DNA of 32,000 nt from contig NZ_CP019384.1 of the NCBI RefSeq assembly GCF_004102945.1, positions 660,001 through 692,000 on the forward strand, written 5' to 3'. This document shows positions 8,764-17,030 of this stretch, one piece after another. The position numbers and the translations under genes are program-made. The DNA comes from Candidatus Velamenicoccus archaeovorus (GTDB taxonomy: Bacteria > Omnitrophota > Gorgyraeia > Velamenicoccales > Velamenicoccaceae). Every line of letters begins with the position of its first letter. The first letter of the stretch is position 1. The notes under the pieces are model-generated. The model had not been told where the DNA came from. It saw only the letters and a list, made by a program, of their open reading frames with translations, and searched no databases.

Positions 8764-10464
8764 ATGAAAGTTGCGATATATACCAGAGTAAGCACAGAAG
8801 ATCAGGCCCGGGAAGGTTACTCCATTGAGGTCCAACGGGAGTACCTTTTGGATCATGCCAGACGCATGGGGTGGGAGGTTTATAAGGTCTATACCGATGA
8901 CGTCAGCGGTTACGTGATTGACCGTCCAGCCTTGAACGAAATGCTCGAAGATGCTAGACAAAAGAGATTTGAACTGATTATCACCTATAAGCTTGACCGT
9001 TTCAGCAGAAAATTGAAAGATTTGCTCAATATAGTTGATGATCTGGCTGGTTACGGGGTCGCATATAAGTCGGCGACTGAGCCGTTTGATACTTCTACGA
9101 GCGCCGGGAAGCTTATGTTCCAGCAGCTCGGTAGTTTTGCAGAGTTTGAGAGGAACAGGATCAAGGAGAGAGTTTTTCCTGGGATGATCAAAGGGGTCCA
9201 GCAGGGCAATTGGCAAGGCGCGCGCTATGCTCCCTATGGATATTATTACAATAAAGAAAAGAAACTTTTGGAAGTGGTTCCTGAAGAGACGAATATTGTA
9301 AAGTTGATTTATACGATGTATCTGGCCAACAGAACCTCTGGACAAATTGCCGAATATCTCTATCTCAAAGAATATAAAACAAGATCCGGCGGTAGGTTCA
9401 ATTCGGCGCTTGTATGCAAGATACTCAAGAATCCCATATACCTTGGGAAACTGGTTTGGAATCAAAATCATTATGATACGAACCAGCGGACCCTGACGAG
9501 GAAAGGCTATCGATACGTGAGAAATGATCCTTCCAAGGTCGTGATCGCGCAAGGCAGGCATCAGCCCATAATCTGCCAGGATGATTTTGATGAAGTCCAG
9601 GCGAAATTAAGATCCAACCGAAGAGGTGTTCTGCATAGAATAAATGTCCTTGATTATCCCCTGACAGGTATACTTTATTGCGCGAAATGCGGCTATAGAT
9701 ACCAAGGAACATCTAATATGTCGAACCATCGGCTTAAGAAGAGGAAGCGCTGGTACAAATGTTCTTGCATGGGCACTTATCACGTGAGATGTTCCAACAG
9801 ACCTGTGAAAGCCGAAGATATAGAACCAAGGATTTTCGAAATAGTCCAGAAGATTTTCTCGCACAAAGATGCTGTCCAGGGGCGCCTTGAGAATTTGGTT
9901 AAGGCTAATCTTTATCTTAATAACGAAGATGTGAGAAAAGACCTGGATGGGTTGAGTGAGCAGCTTAAGCTGAATCTGGAGAAGCAGCGTAAACTTAATG
10001 ATGCCTTCATGGATAATTTTGTCGGTTCTGAACTTTATAGGGAGAAGGTGTCCGCATTGCGGGAAGAAGAGAAAAAAATCAATATGGCGATTGCCAAATG
10101 CAAGATAAAACTCGTAGAAAAGGAACGATCGGAAGCCTATCTAAAGACTCTTAAGCTGGCGATCGAAAATTTTGATGAGACCAAAGAAGAGATAGGCATT
10201 GTGGATAAAAAGGAGCTGTTGAAGCTGATATTCGAGTCCGTACATATCAATGGTGGTCAGATGGTTTCAGTCCGCTTGTACCAGCCATTTCAGCAAATGT
10301 ATGAGGAGGTGTTAAAAGAGTGCAACACATTGACGAATCAAGAGGTTACGAAAAAAATAAAGCCAAAAAGGGGAGTGTGTATATTAGAACCATCGGTTGG
10401 CCGTTGTCTACCTTATAGACACAGCATGGCGGATCTGGCGGAGGCGTTGATAGGTGCAGATTGA
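8764..10464 (+). CDS. large serine recombinase 1
   Basis: Resolvase catalytic N-terminus MKVAIYTRVSTEDQAREGYSIEVQ. Recombinase domain (ATEPFDTSTSAGKLMFQQLGSFAEFERNRIKERV, YAPYGYYY). Zinc-ribbon cysteines (YCAKCGYRY...WYKCSC...RCSN). Long coiled coil. Paralog of 27565..29250. Confidence 0.92.
   Translation: MKVAIYTRVSTEDQAREGYSIEVQREYLLDHARRMGWEVYKVYTDDVSGYVIDRPALNEMLEDARQKRFELIITYKLDRFSRKLKDLLNIVDDLAGYGVAYKSATEPFDTSTSAGKLMFQQLGSFAEFERNRIKERVFPGMIKGVQQGNWQGARYAPYGYYYNKEKKLLEVVPEETNIVKLIYTMYLANRTSGQIAEYLYLKEYKTRSGGRFNSALVCKILKNPIYLGKLVWNQNHYDTNQRTLTRKGYRYVRNDPSKVVIAQGRHQPIICQDDFDEVQAKLRSNRRGVLHRINVLDYPLTGILYCAKCGYRYQGTSNMSNHRLKKRKRWYKCSCMGTYHVRCSNRPVKAEDIEPRIFEIVQKIFSHKDAVQGRLENLVKANLYLNNEDVRKDLDGLSEQLKLNLEKQRKLNDAFMDNFVGSELYREKVSALREEEKKINMAIAKCKIKLVEKERSEAYLKTLKLAIENFDETKEEIGIVDKKELLKLIFESVHINGGQMVSVRLYQPFQQMYEEVLKECNTLTNQEVTKKIKPKRGVCILEPSVGRCLPYRHSMADLAEALIGAD
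10320..10418 (+). other. out-of-frame embedded ORF inside recombinase 1 encoding a MiaB-type N-terminus (orphan replacement 5-prime end)
   Basis: GAGGAGG at 10303-10309, GTG at 10320. Encodes (M)QHIDESRGYEKNKAKKGSVYIRTIG, then WPLSTL and a stop at 10416-10418. KAKKGSVYIRTIG aligns with KSPKKLRVLLRTFG of the miaB ORF at 29199-29240, and nt 10359-10396 align with 29199-29239. Confidence 0.45.
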
Positions 10465-10518
10465 TTAAGAAGTTATGCAAAAAAATTGAATTGGTTAAGG
10501 TAAAAACAGAATTCACTT

Positions 10519-11979
10519 ATGGCATTTGAAACTATTTTATTATGGGCTTCGGTTTTAATGTTCGTGAGCGTTGTTTCGAGCAAGATATCGGACAAGTTCG
10601 CGGTTCCCGTGTTGTTGTTATTTTTGGCGGTTGGGATGCTTGCCGGATCGGAAGGGATCGGCAATATAAATTTTGATAATGCTCAACTGGCAAAACAGAT
10701 CGGTATTTTAGCGCTTATATTTATTATCTTTTCAGGCGGGCTTGATACTAACTGGAAAGACACAAGACCAATTATTCTCCCGGGGATCGTGCTTTCGACT
10801 CTTGGAGTATTGGTTACGGCAATTATTACGGGGTTGTTTGCTGTTTATGTCCTCAAATTTTCTCTATTAGAAGGTGTGTTGCTTGGATCTATCGTTTCAT
10901 CTACAGACGCCGCCGCCGTATTCGCTATTCTAAGATCAAGACGCATAAGTTTGAAGAAGCCATTGAAACCGTTGCTCGAATTCGAGTCCGGCAGTAATGA
11001 TCCGATGGCTATTTTTCTGACAATGGGGTTTTTGAGTTTTTTGACCGTGAAAGGATCAGGGCTCGTTTTGCTGATTCCGAGATTCGTTCTGGATATGGGG
11101 ATGGGGGCGCTTGTCGGTTATTTAATGGCGAAGGCCATCGTTTTCTTTATCAAGCGGCTTAAATTAGATTATGAAGGCCTTTATCCGGTTATAACAATTT
11201 CATTGATCTTGTTTACTTACGTTATTGCAGTTCTTTTAAAGGGAAACGGGATCCTTGCGGTTTATCTTGCTGGGCTCGGTCTAGCGCAGGCGGAATTTCC
11301 TAATAAGAAATCCATTATGAAATTTCATGACGGTTTGGCTTGGATCAGCCAAATTGCCATGTTCGTGACTTTAGGTTTGCTCGTTTATCCTTCTCACTTG
11401 GTTCCGCTTATTGGAACAGGGTTGCTGGTTACGATTGTCCTCATGTTTATTGCCCGGCCTTTGAGCGTTTTTCTCTGCTTACTTCCGTTTAAATTCGCCG
11501 TGCCGAAAAAGATCATGCTTTCGTGGGTAGGATTGAGGGGCTCGGTTCCGATCATCTTGGCCACATTTCCGCTCGCGGCAGGCATTCCTCAGGCCGAGAC
11601 AATTTTTAATATCGTGTTTTTCATTGTCATTGCTTCTGTTTTTATTCAGGGCACGTCAATTCCTCTGGTTTCAAAACTGCTAAAGTTGGATGTGCCTTTG
11701 CCTGACAAGAAAGCATACCCTATAGAATTTGAGAAAGTTGAAGGCATTGACGCGGAACTGACGGATGTTATCGTGCCGTATAATTCAGAGGCTATTGGCA
11801 AGATGATCAAGGAATTGAATGTTCCGGTGAAATGCCTGATCATGCTTGTTTCGCGCAACGACAAATTTGTTATTCCGTCCGGGTCAACCGTGATCGAGGG
11901 CGGCGATGTTTTATTGGTGCTGGCAAATGCGGAAGATTTTTCTGTTTTGCAATGTGCTTTGGCACGATTAAAAGAATAA
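10519..11979 (+). CDS. K+/H+ (monovalent cation/proton) antiporter, NhaP2/CvrA-like, with C-terminal TrkA-C/RCK_C domain
   Basis: Multi-TM protein with the N-terminus typical of the family (ISDKFAVPVLLLFLAVGMLAGSEGIG). C-terminal soluble domain (AELTDVIVPYNSEAIGKMIKELNVPVKCLIMLVSRNDKFVIPSGSTVIEGGDVLLVLA) looks like TrkA-C. Confidence 0.8.
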   Translation: MAFETILLWASVLMFVSVVSSKISDKFAVPVLLLFLAVGMLAGSEGIGNINFDNAQLAKQIGILALIFIIFSGGLDTNWKDTRPIILPGIVLSTLGVLVTAIITGLFAVYVLKFSLLEGVLLGSIVSSTDAAAVFAILRSRRISLKKPLKPLLEFESGSNDPMAIFLTMGFLSFLTVKGSGLVLLIPRFVLDMGMGALVGYLMAKAIVFFIKRLKLDYEGLYPVITISLILFTYVIAVLLKGNGILAVYLAGLGLAQAEFPNKKSIMKFHDGLAWISQIAMFVTLGLLVYPSHLVPLIGTGLLVTIVLMFIARPLSVFLCLLPFKFAVPKKIMLSWVGLRGSVPIILATFPLAAGIPQAETIFNIVFFIVIASVFIQGTSIPLVSKLLKLDVPLPDKKAYPIEFEKVEGIDAELTDVIVPYNSEAIGKMIKELNVPVKCLIMLVSRNDKFVIPSGSTVIEGGDVLLVLANAEDFSVLQCALARLKE

Positions 11980-11996
11980 ATTCTTAGGAGCAAATA

Positions 11997-12668
11997 ATGC
12001 GGATATTATTAGTAGAAGATGAAATAAAAATAGCTAATTTTATTGAGCGCGGGCTGAAAGAAGAGAATTATGTTGTTGATGTGGCGACCGATGGGGAGAA
12101 AGCCATGTTTCTGGCGGAAATAAACCCGTATGATTTGATTATTCTTGATGTCATGCTTCCGCATATAGACGGGATCACTATATGCCGAGAGTTAAGAAAA
12201 AAGAAGATCAACGTGCCCATTTTAATGCTTACCGCAAAAAATCAGGTGAGGGATAAGGTTTTAGGATTAAATTCCGGAGCGGATGATTATCTTGCGAAGC
12301 CGTTTGATTTCGAAGAGCTTTCGGCTAGGATCGGAGCATTACTAAGAAGGAATAGGGATGATAAGACTGGCATTTTAAAAATTGGAGATTTAGAACTAGA
12401 CCAATTACGTCATAACGTTAAAAGAGCGGGAAAAGAAATTCAGCTCAGCAGTAAGGAATTCGCGCTTCTGGAATACCTAATGCTTAATGCCAATCATGTT
12501 GTTACCCGGACAACGATTTCTGAGCATGTCTGGCATGAGGATTTCGATAGTTTCACCAATGTTATTGATGTATTTATCAGTTTTTTACGTAATAAGATAG
12601 ATAAAGATTTTAAGAAACCGCTTATTCATACCATTCATGGTAAAGGTTACACGATAAGGGAGGAATAA
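11997..12668 (+). CDS. OmpR-family response regulator (CusR/CopR-like)
   Basis: MRILLVEDE...DLIILDVMLPHIDG...LMLTAK...DDYLAKPF receiver motifs plus a winged-helix C-terminus (LSSKEFALLEYLMLN...IHTIHGKGYTI). Confidence 0.9.
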   Translation: MRILLVEDEIKIANFIERGLKEENYVVDVATDGEKAMFLAEINPYDLIILDVMLPHIDGITICRELRKKKINVPILMLTAKNQVRDKVLGLNSGADDYLAKPFDFEELSARIGALLRRNRDDKTGILKIGDLELDQLRHNVKRAGKEIQLSSKEFALLEYLMLNANHVVTRTTISEHVWHEDFDSFTNVIDVFISFLRNKIDKDFKKPLIHTIHGKGYTIREE

Positions 12669-13726
12669 TGCGTTTCAAAACCGTTAGCTTTAAACGCAGT
12701 TTTTTATACATCATATTATTGAGTGTATTTTTAGGGGGTTATTATACTGTTCTTTTTTTGCTTCGTCCCAATTTTCGGAATATTGAAATGATTTGTTATC
12801 TTTTAATGCCTTTACCTCCGGTTTTTTTGCTGGGTTATTTAATGAGCCAGATTTCAATAGGAAAGATTATTAAACCAATCAAGGAAGTTGCCGAGGTAGC
12901 TGAGGGCATTACTCATGAGGATTTAAGCAGAAGAGTTAAGGTCGAGAATGCCGGTGAAGAGACGCAGTTTTTAGTTAAGGCTTTCAATGACATGATTTCT
13001 CGCCTTGAAGCCGCCTTTGCCTATATCACCGAATCGAGTTCGTATATTGCCCATGAGCTAAAAACGCCTCTCGCAATCATGAGAGGAGAGGCGGAAGTTG
13101 CCCTAAAAAAGGAACGGGATAAAGAAGAGTATAAGCAAGTTATTATCGGTAGCTTAGAAGAAACGCGACGGATGTTTAAGATCATTGAAGACCTCTTATT
13201 GTTGACTCGCGTCAATTATCGTTCCAACGATTTGCAGCTACAGCCTTTGGATTTAAGTCAATTTGTTATAGTGTTGTTTGAAAAGGCCAAGATTTTAGCC
13301 ACGGGAAAGAATATAGCGGTCAATGCTCAAGTTCCCGACACAACGGCGTTGGTGAATGCGGATGAACCAAATCTTCGGCGTTTATTTTTAAATCTTATTG
13401 ATAATGCTATAAAATACACGCCGCAGGATGGGAAAATAGATATTGTTGCCCATTTTGAAACTGATCGCATCAGAATTTCCATCGCTGATACCGGTATCGG
13501 CATCGAACAAGAAAACCTTCCGCGACTTTTTGATAAGTTCTTTCGGATTGGTGAGAAAATAAAAGATACTGCTCCCAGCAGTGGATTAGGGTTAAGCATC
13601 GCACAATCAATAGCAAAACTTCATCAAGGTGAAATAACGGTGTCCAGTCAAATCGGAAAAGGCACTGTTTTTACCGTAGACCTGCCTCGAATTGCCGGCG
13701 ATATCCCTCCGAATCCTCACGAATAA
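12668..13726 (+). CDS. sensor histidine kinase (two closely spaced TM helices, HAMP, HisKA, HATPase_c)
   Basis: H-box SSYIAHELKTPL, N-box LIDNAIKYT, G-boxes DTGIGI and GLGLSIA. TAATG overlap with the regulator gene. Almost no extracytoplasmic loop between the TM segments (intramembrane-sensing type). Confidence 0.9.
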   Translation: MRFKTVSFKRSFLYIILLSVFLGGYYTVLFLLRPNFRNIEMICYLLMPLPPVFLLGYLMSQISIGKIIKPIKEVAEVAEGITHEDLSRRVKVENAGEETQFLVKAFNDMISRLEAAFAYITESSSYIAHELKTPLAIMRGEAEVALKKERDKEEYKQVIIGSLEETRRMFKIIEDLLLLTRVNYRSNDLQLQPLDLSQFVIVLFEKAKILATGKNIAVNAQVPDTTALVNADEPNLRRLFLNLIDNAIKYTPQDGKIDIVAHFETDRIRISIADTGIGIEQENLPRLFDKFFRIGEKIKDTAPSSGLGLSIAQSIAKLHQGEITVSSQIGKGTVFTVDLPRIAGDIPPNPHE

Positions 13727-13896
13727 TCATTAAAAATTTTAATTATTATTTAACCTTTCGTTAATCCCCTTTTTGATACATTTGTAGCAGCTAAGGGGCT
13801 TAAAAAATATTCAACGATTTGAGATTGTTTAACATTTTCTCGCAGCCTCAATTTTACAGGGGCCAGGGGTTGCTGCTTATTAAGAGGAAATGCATC

Positions 13897-14088
13897 ATGT
13901 GTCCTTATTTTGTTGCTACAAGACCGATTGGTCATTGCGGATGTTACGGAGACGGTTTATTTCGCCCCAACATCAAACGCAAAAGACAATATTGTGTCGG
14001 TAAATTTATGAATTGCCCACTCTATCAATTACAAATGAAGTCCATTATTATCAAATCCGTGCGGGGATCAAAAAGTGATGAGGCATGA
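13897..14088 (+). CDS. MCPYF Cys-rich miniprotein, copy 1 (unknown family)
   Basis: AAGAGGA SD then ATG at 13897. MCPYFVATRPIGHCGCYGDGLFRPNIKRKRQYCVGKFMNCPLYQL. Paralog of 15554..15736, sharing M-C-P-Y-F-x8-C-x7-F-x-P-x2-K-R-x4-C-x-G-x-F-x2-C-x2-Y-Q-L. Confidence 0.55.
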   Translation: MCPYFVATRPIGHCGCYGDGLFRPNIKRKRQYCVGKFMNCPLYQLQMKSIIIKSVRGSKSDEA

Positions 14089-14750
14089 ATATTTTAGTTT
14101 GGTTATTGCGCAATTATTGGATGAATACGGAGGATGTTTTAATGATAGCCATTGAGAAAGAACTTCGGAAATTAAACGATGATTTACTTCAAATTTGCCG
14201 TTTGACGCAGGAGGCAATAAGAAACATTTCTGGCGTTCTGATGCGTTTTGATGCCGAGAATACGCAAGAGATAATAGATAATAACAAAAAAATAAGGGTT
14301 CTTTGCGTCGCTTACGAAGAATATTTTACTAATATCGTTAGACAATATCACCCCGAGGACAGTGTCTTGAAATTCATCTCTTCAAGCATAAACATTAGTA
14401 GCGAATTAAAACAAATTACGGACTTAACCGCCGGTATTGCGGAGAGCTTATTAAGCTTGAATACAAATATCCCTGACAAGGATAAAATCAATATTTCTCA
14501 ATTCGCTATAATTTTTCAAAATATAGTTTGGGATTCGGTCATTTCATTTTTAAAACAAGACACGGCGTTAGCGAAGAAAACTGTTTTAACAAGCCTGACA
14601 CTAAAAAAGATATGCAGCCGTAGACAGGATGAGTTAATAGAGACAAATAAAACAGCAGAATCGACGGTGAGAGGCGAAACTGTTTTATTATTTATTATTC
14701 AGAGCGTAAGAGATATTGCTACGCACACTGTGAATATTGCCAAGATTTGA
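14085..14750 (+). CDS. PhoU-domain protein
   Basis: Two PhoU-like repeats ending SELKQITDLTAGIAESL and QSVRDIATHTVNIAKI (compare LERIGDHATNIAE). The ATGA overlap with the upstream miniprotein suggests coupling. An alternative start is ATG 14142 after GGAGGA. Confidence 0.6.
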   Translation: MNILVWLLRNYWMNTEDVLMIAIEKELRKLNDDLLQICRLTQEAIRNISGVLMRFDAENTQEIIDNNKKIRVLCVAYEEYFTNIVRQYHPEDSVLKFISSSINISSELKQITDLTAGIAESLLSLNTNIPDKDKINISQFAIIFQNIVWDSVISFLKQDTALAKKTVLTSLTLKKICSRRQDELIETNKTAESTVRGETVLLFIIQSVRDIATHTVNIAKI

Positions 14751-14822
14751 GAATTATTCGCAATTTTACGCTTTCCCAGCCTTACTGCTGCTTATTAAAC
14801 GAATAAAAGACGGGAATTCTAA

Positions 14823-15551
14823 ATGATGAGGATATTGATAGTTGAAGATGAGGACAAGGTGCGAAAGTTACATGCGGAATTGCTTGAAAGCGAAGGGTAT
14901 GCAGTGGTAAGCGTTTCTGACGCCGTGCAAGCCAGCGAAATTTTACTTAGAAAACATTTTGATATTATCCTGCTGGACATCAACCTTCCTCATGTTTATG
15001 GAAGCGTATTGTTTGATCTTATGCAGGTATTTCATAAGAGTATAAAAGTGATTGTAACGAGCGTTTATCCTGTTGAAGAACAGCGGGAAATAATGAAAGA
15101 TGCCGCAGAGTACTATGACAAAGCTCAAGGTGTCGATATTTTGCTTGAGAAAATCAAGAAAGTTGCGCGCAGTTTAATGCCGTTAAACACGATACTTATT
15201 ATCGAAGATGAATTCAAAATAAGAAAGTTGTTCAGTAGTCAATTGGAGGGTCTTGGATACCGCACCTTGGAAGCTGAAGATGGAGAATCGGGGCTGGAAT
15301 TGTTTGATAAAGAGCGGGGTATTGGATTAGTTATTCTTGATATTGCACTTTCTAAAAAAACCGGCATGAAAGTTTATGAAAGCATCAAGAGAAGGACTCC
15401 TCCGGCAAAAATCATAGTGTCCAGCGTCTTTCCGAAAGATGATCAGCAGTCTTTAATCAAAGAAGCGGACGATTATTTTGATAAAACGGAAGGTGTCAGC
15501 ATCCTCATAGAGAAAGTTGAGCGCATTCTTAATGTTGGCAGAGGAAATTAA
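14823..15551 (+). CDS. tandem double-receiver protein (REC-REC, no output domain)
   Basis: Two complete receiver domains: ILIVEDE..DIILLDINLP..VIVTSV..YYDK and ILIIEDE..LVILDIAL..IIVSSV..YFDK. Confidence 0.8.
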   Translation: MMRILIVEDEDKVRKLHAELLESEGYAVVSVSDAVQASEILLRKHFDIILLDINLPHVYGSVLFDLMQVFHKSIKVIVTSVYPVEEQREIMKDAAEYYDKAQGVDILLEKIKKVARSLMPLNTILIIEDEFKIRKLFSSQLEGLGYRTLEAEDGESGLELFDKERGIGLVILDIALSKKTGMKVYESIKRRTPPAKIIVSSVFPKDDQQSLIKEADDYFDKTEGVSILIEKVERILNVGRGN

Positions 15552-15553
15552 TC

Positions 15554-15736
15554 ATGTGTCCGTATTTTATATCGAAAGAAAGGAATAATTTTTGCGAAGG
15601 AGTATCGAGTAATGCCTTTTCTCCCAGTGAGAAACGACAGGAAGAACATTGCCGTGGTAGTTTTATAAGGTGTGTGTTTTATCAATTAAAAACTGGGTGG
15701 CCTATAGGATTCCAGGAGTCCATAAGGGAAAAATAA
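15554..15736 (+). CDS. MCPYF Cys-rich miniprotein, copy 2
   Basis: Starts 2 nt after the REC-REC stop, with SD AGAGGA. MCPYFISKERNNFCEGVSSNAFSPSEKRQEEHCRGSFIRCVFYQL. Confidence 0.55.
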   Translation: MCPYFISKERNNFCEGVSSNAFSPSEKRQEEHCRGSFIRCVFYQLKTGWPIGFQESIREK

Positions 15737-15783
15737 CTTAGCCAGTGTTAAGTAGCGAGAATTAAAAAGGAGGTATTTTAGAC

Positions 15784-16320
15784 ATGTCTTTTGTTATTCC
15801 GCAAAATGATTTTGTTCCAATATTGATTCCTATTTTAATTTTTCTCGCGCGGGCGGCAGACGTCAGTATGGCTGCTGTCAGGATTATTTTTGTCAGCCGA
15901 GGGATAAGGGCATTAGCTGCTATTATTGGATTTTTTGAGATGCTTGTTTGGCTTATCGGCATATCGCAAATTATGCAGAATTTGAATAACCCGATCAGCT
16001 ATATCGCTTTTGCGGGCGGCTTTAGTATGGGCACTTTTGTAGGTATTACAATCGAACGAAAAATCGCCATAGGCAATTTAGCTGTCCAGTTTATAACGAA
16101 TAAAAATCCGGCTAGTTTATTGAGATATTTTCGTTCCAAAGGATACGGCGCAACGACGATTGACGGACAGGGGACAGCGGGGCCGGTGAAGATTGTTTTT
16201 GTCATTGTCCGGCGCAAGTTGTTAGATAACGTTTTAGGCATAATAAAGAAATTTGATCAAGGTGCTTTTTATACCATTGAGGATGTCAGAGGTGTGGCGC
16301 GTCTTAATCCGGTTATTTAG
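15784..16320 (+). CDS. UPF0316/DUF2179-family membrane protein
   Basis: SD AAGGAGG. Three TM helices followed by a soluble domain (GYGATTIDGQGTAGPVKIVFVIVRRKLLDNVLGIIKKFDQGAFYTIEDVRGV), the architecture typical of UPF0316 proteins. Confidence 0.75.
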   Translation: MSFVIPQNDFVPILIPILIFLARAADVSMAAVRIIFVSRGIRALAAIIGFFEMLVWLIGISQIMQNLNNPISYIAFAGGFSMGTFVGITIERKIAIGNLAVQFITNKNPASLLRYFRSKGYGATTIDGQGTAGPVKIVFVIVRRKLLDNVLGIIKKFDQGAFYTIEDVRGVARLNPVI

Positions 16321-16708
16321 ACAGAGGCAGGACTATAAAATTGGAACGAAACTGACCATTTTGATCGCTCAAAAATACTATGATCCCGGCCAGGGCTTTA
16401 GAGAGCTTCTGGAAAAATCCGGCTATCATACGGTTTCTCTGTCCAGCCATTCGGAAATATTTGAGTTGTTAGCTCAAAAGCGCGTGGATATGGTTATTGT
16501 TGGGGTTACAACGACGATTGAGTATTGCGAAAGTATAATGCGGCAAATCAAAAAGATGAGCTTAAGGACCTGCGTTATTGTGGTGTCATCGTTACAAGAT
16601 ATCAGAGGCAAAGAGAAGTTAATTGAATTGGGGGTGCAAGAGTGGGTATATCAGCCTTTTAATATGGAATATATTAAACGAAGGGTGAAAGAAGTATTAA
16701 ACGTTTAA
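16283..16708 (+). CDS. pseudo-receiver (REC-like fold lacking phospho-acceptor residues)
   Basis: ILIAQKYYD replaces the acidic DD pocket. VDMVIVGV has Gly where the acceptor Asp is expected. VVSS is retained. YQPF has Gln in place of the conserved Lys. The start is uncertain (ATG 16283 overlaps the upstream gene; downstream TTG/CTG codons are possible). Confidence 0.5.
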   Translation: MSEVWRVLIRLFRQRQDYKIGTKLTILIAQKYYDPGQGFRELLEKSGYHTVSLSSHSEIFELLAQKRVDMVIVGVTTTIEYCESIMRQIKKMSLRTCVIVVSSLQDIRGKEKLIELGVQEWVYQPFNMEYIKRRVKEVLNV

Positions 16709-16742
16709 TAAGCTGTCCGACATTGACCTTGAAAGGAGGTGA

Positions 16743-16799
16743 ATGGCAATGGGGATTATGTGGCGATCAAAAAAAGGTAAAAAACGAAAGGGACGATAA
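16743..16799 (+). CDS. polybasic micro-ORF 1 (18 aa: MAMGIMWRSKKGKKRKGR)
   Basis: AGGAGG at 16734-16739 just upstream. C-terminal KKGKKRKGR matches KKAKKRKK of micro-ORF 2. Confidence 0.3.
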   Translation: MAMGIMWRSKKGKKRKGR

Positions 16800-17030
16800 A
16801 CCTTCATGGATCAATGGGCCTCCTGCAATCCCAGAAAAACACTGGAGGCCTATTGCTGAATTCGATTATTTTCAGGCTTATACCGTAATCCGAATGATAA
16901 TTTGGCATAAAATTTAATGTTACGGTTTGAGCCTTGGTTTTTATAAACTTTCGGAAGATGCTAGAACATATCAGATTGGTCGATGAGATCTATTGGCTGG
17001 ATATTTAAAACAAGTTAAAGGGGATATGAA

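Larger units (their letters stand above)
6314..10396 (+). mobile_element. integrative element 1 (~4.1 kb): miaB-like relic, REC-Fis regulator, RepO-like gene, HTH, LSR1
   Basis: Bounded by the CCATCGG motifs at 6314 and 10390. AT-richer than the flanks. Recombinase sits at the right end. Boundaries are inferred, not demonstrated. Confidence 0.45.

Noticed and set aside
8743-9561. 272-aa minus-strand ORF
   Set aside because: It is fully antisense to serine recombinase 1, whose catalytic and zinc-ribbon motifs are unambiguous.
10402-10464. Apparent MiaB-like peptide in the recombinase-1 reading frame itself (GRCLPYRHSMADLAEALIGAD vs GCQMNVRDSEVVKGLL)
   Set aside because: The resemblance needs several gaps. 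The +2 frame gives a much cleaner match upstream of the junction (KKGSVYIRTIG vs KKLRVLLRTFG). The nucleotide-level trace downstream is better described as a decayed relic than as coding sequence.
13855-13876. Possible sigma54 -24/-12 element (GGGGCCAGGGGTTGCT)
   Set aside because: The match to TGGCAC-N5-TTGC is poor at the -24 box. The paralogous upstream region at 14770-14790 lacks GG/GC. No AAA+ enhancer-binding protein is encoded here, and the REC-Fis regulator has no AAA+ domain.
16723-16917. 64-aa ORF (TTG start) between the pseudo-receiver and the P-II-like gene
   Set aside because: It has no SD, a non-ATG start and an odd Trp/Pro-rich composition. The strong AGGAGG in this gap serves a different frame, the 18-aa polybasic micro-ORF.
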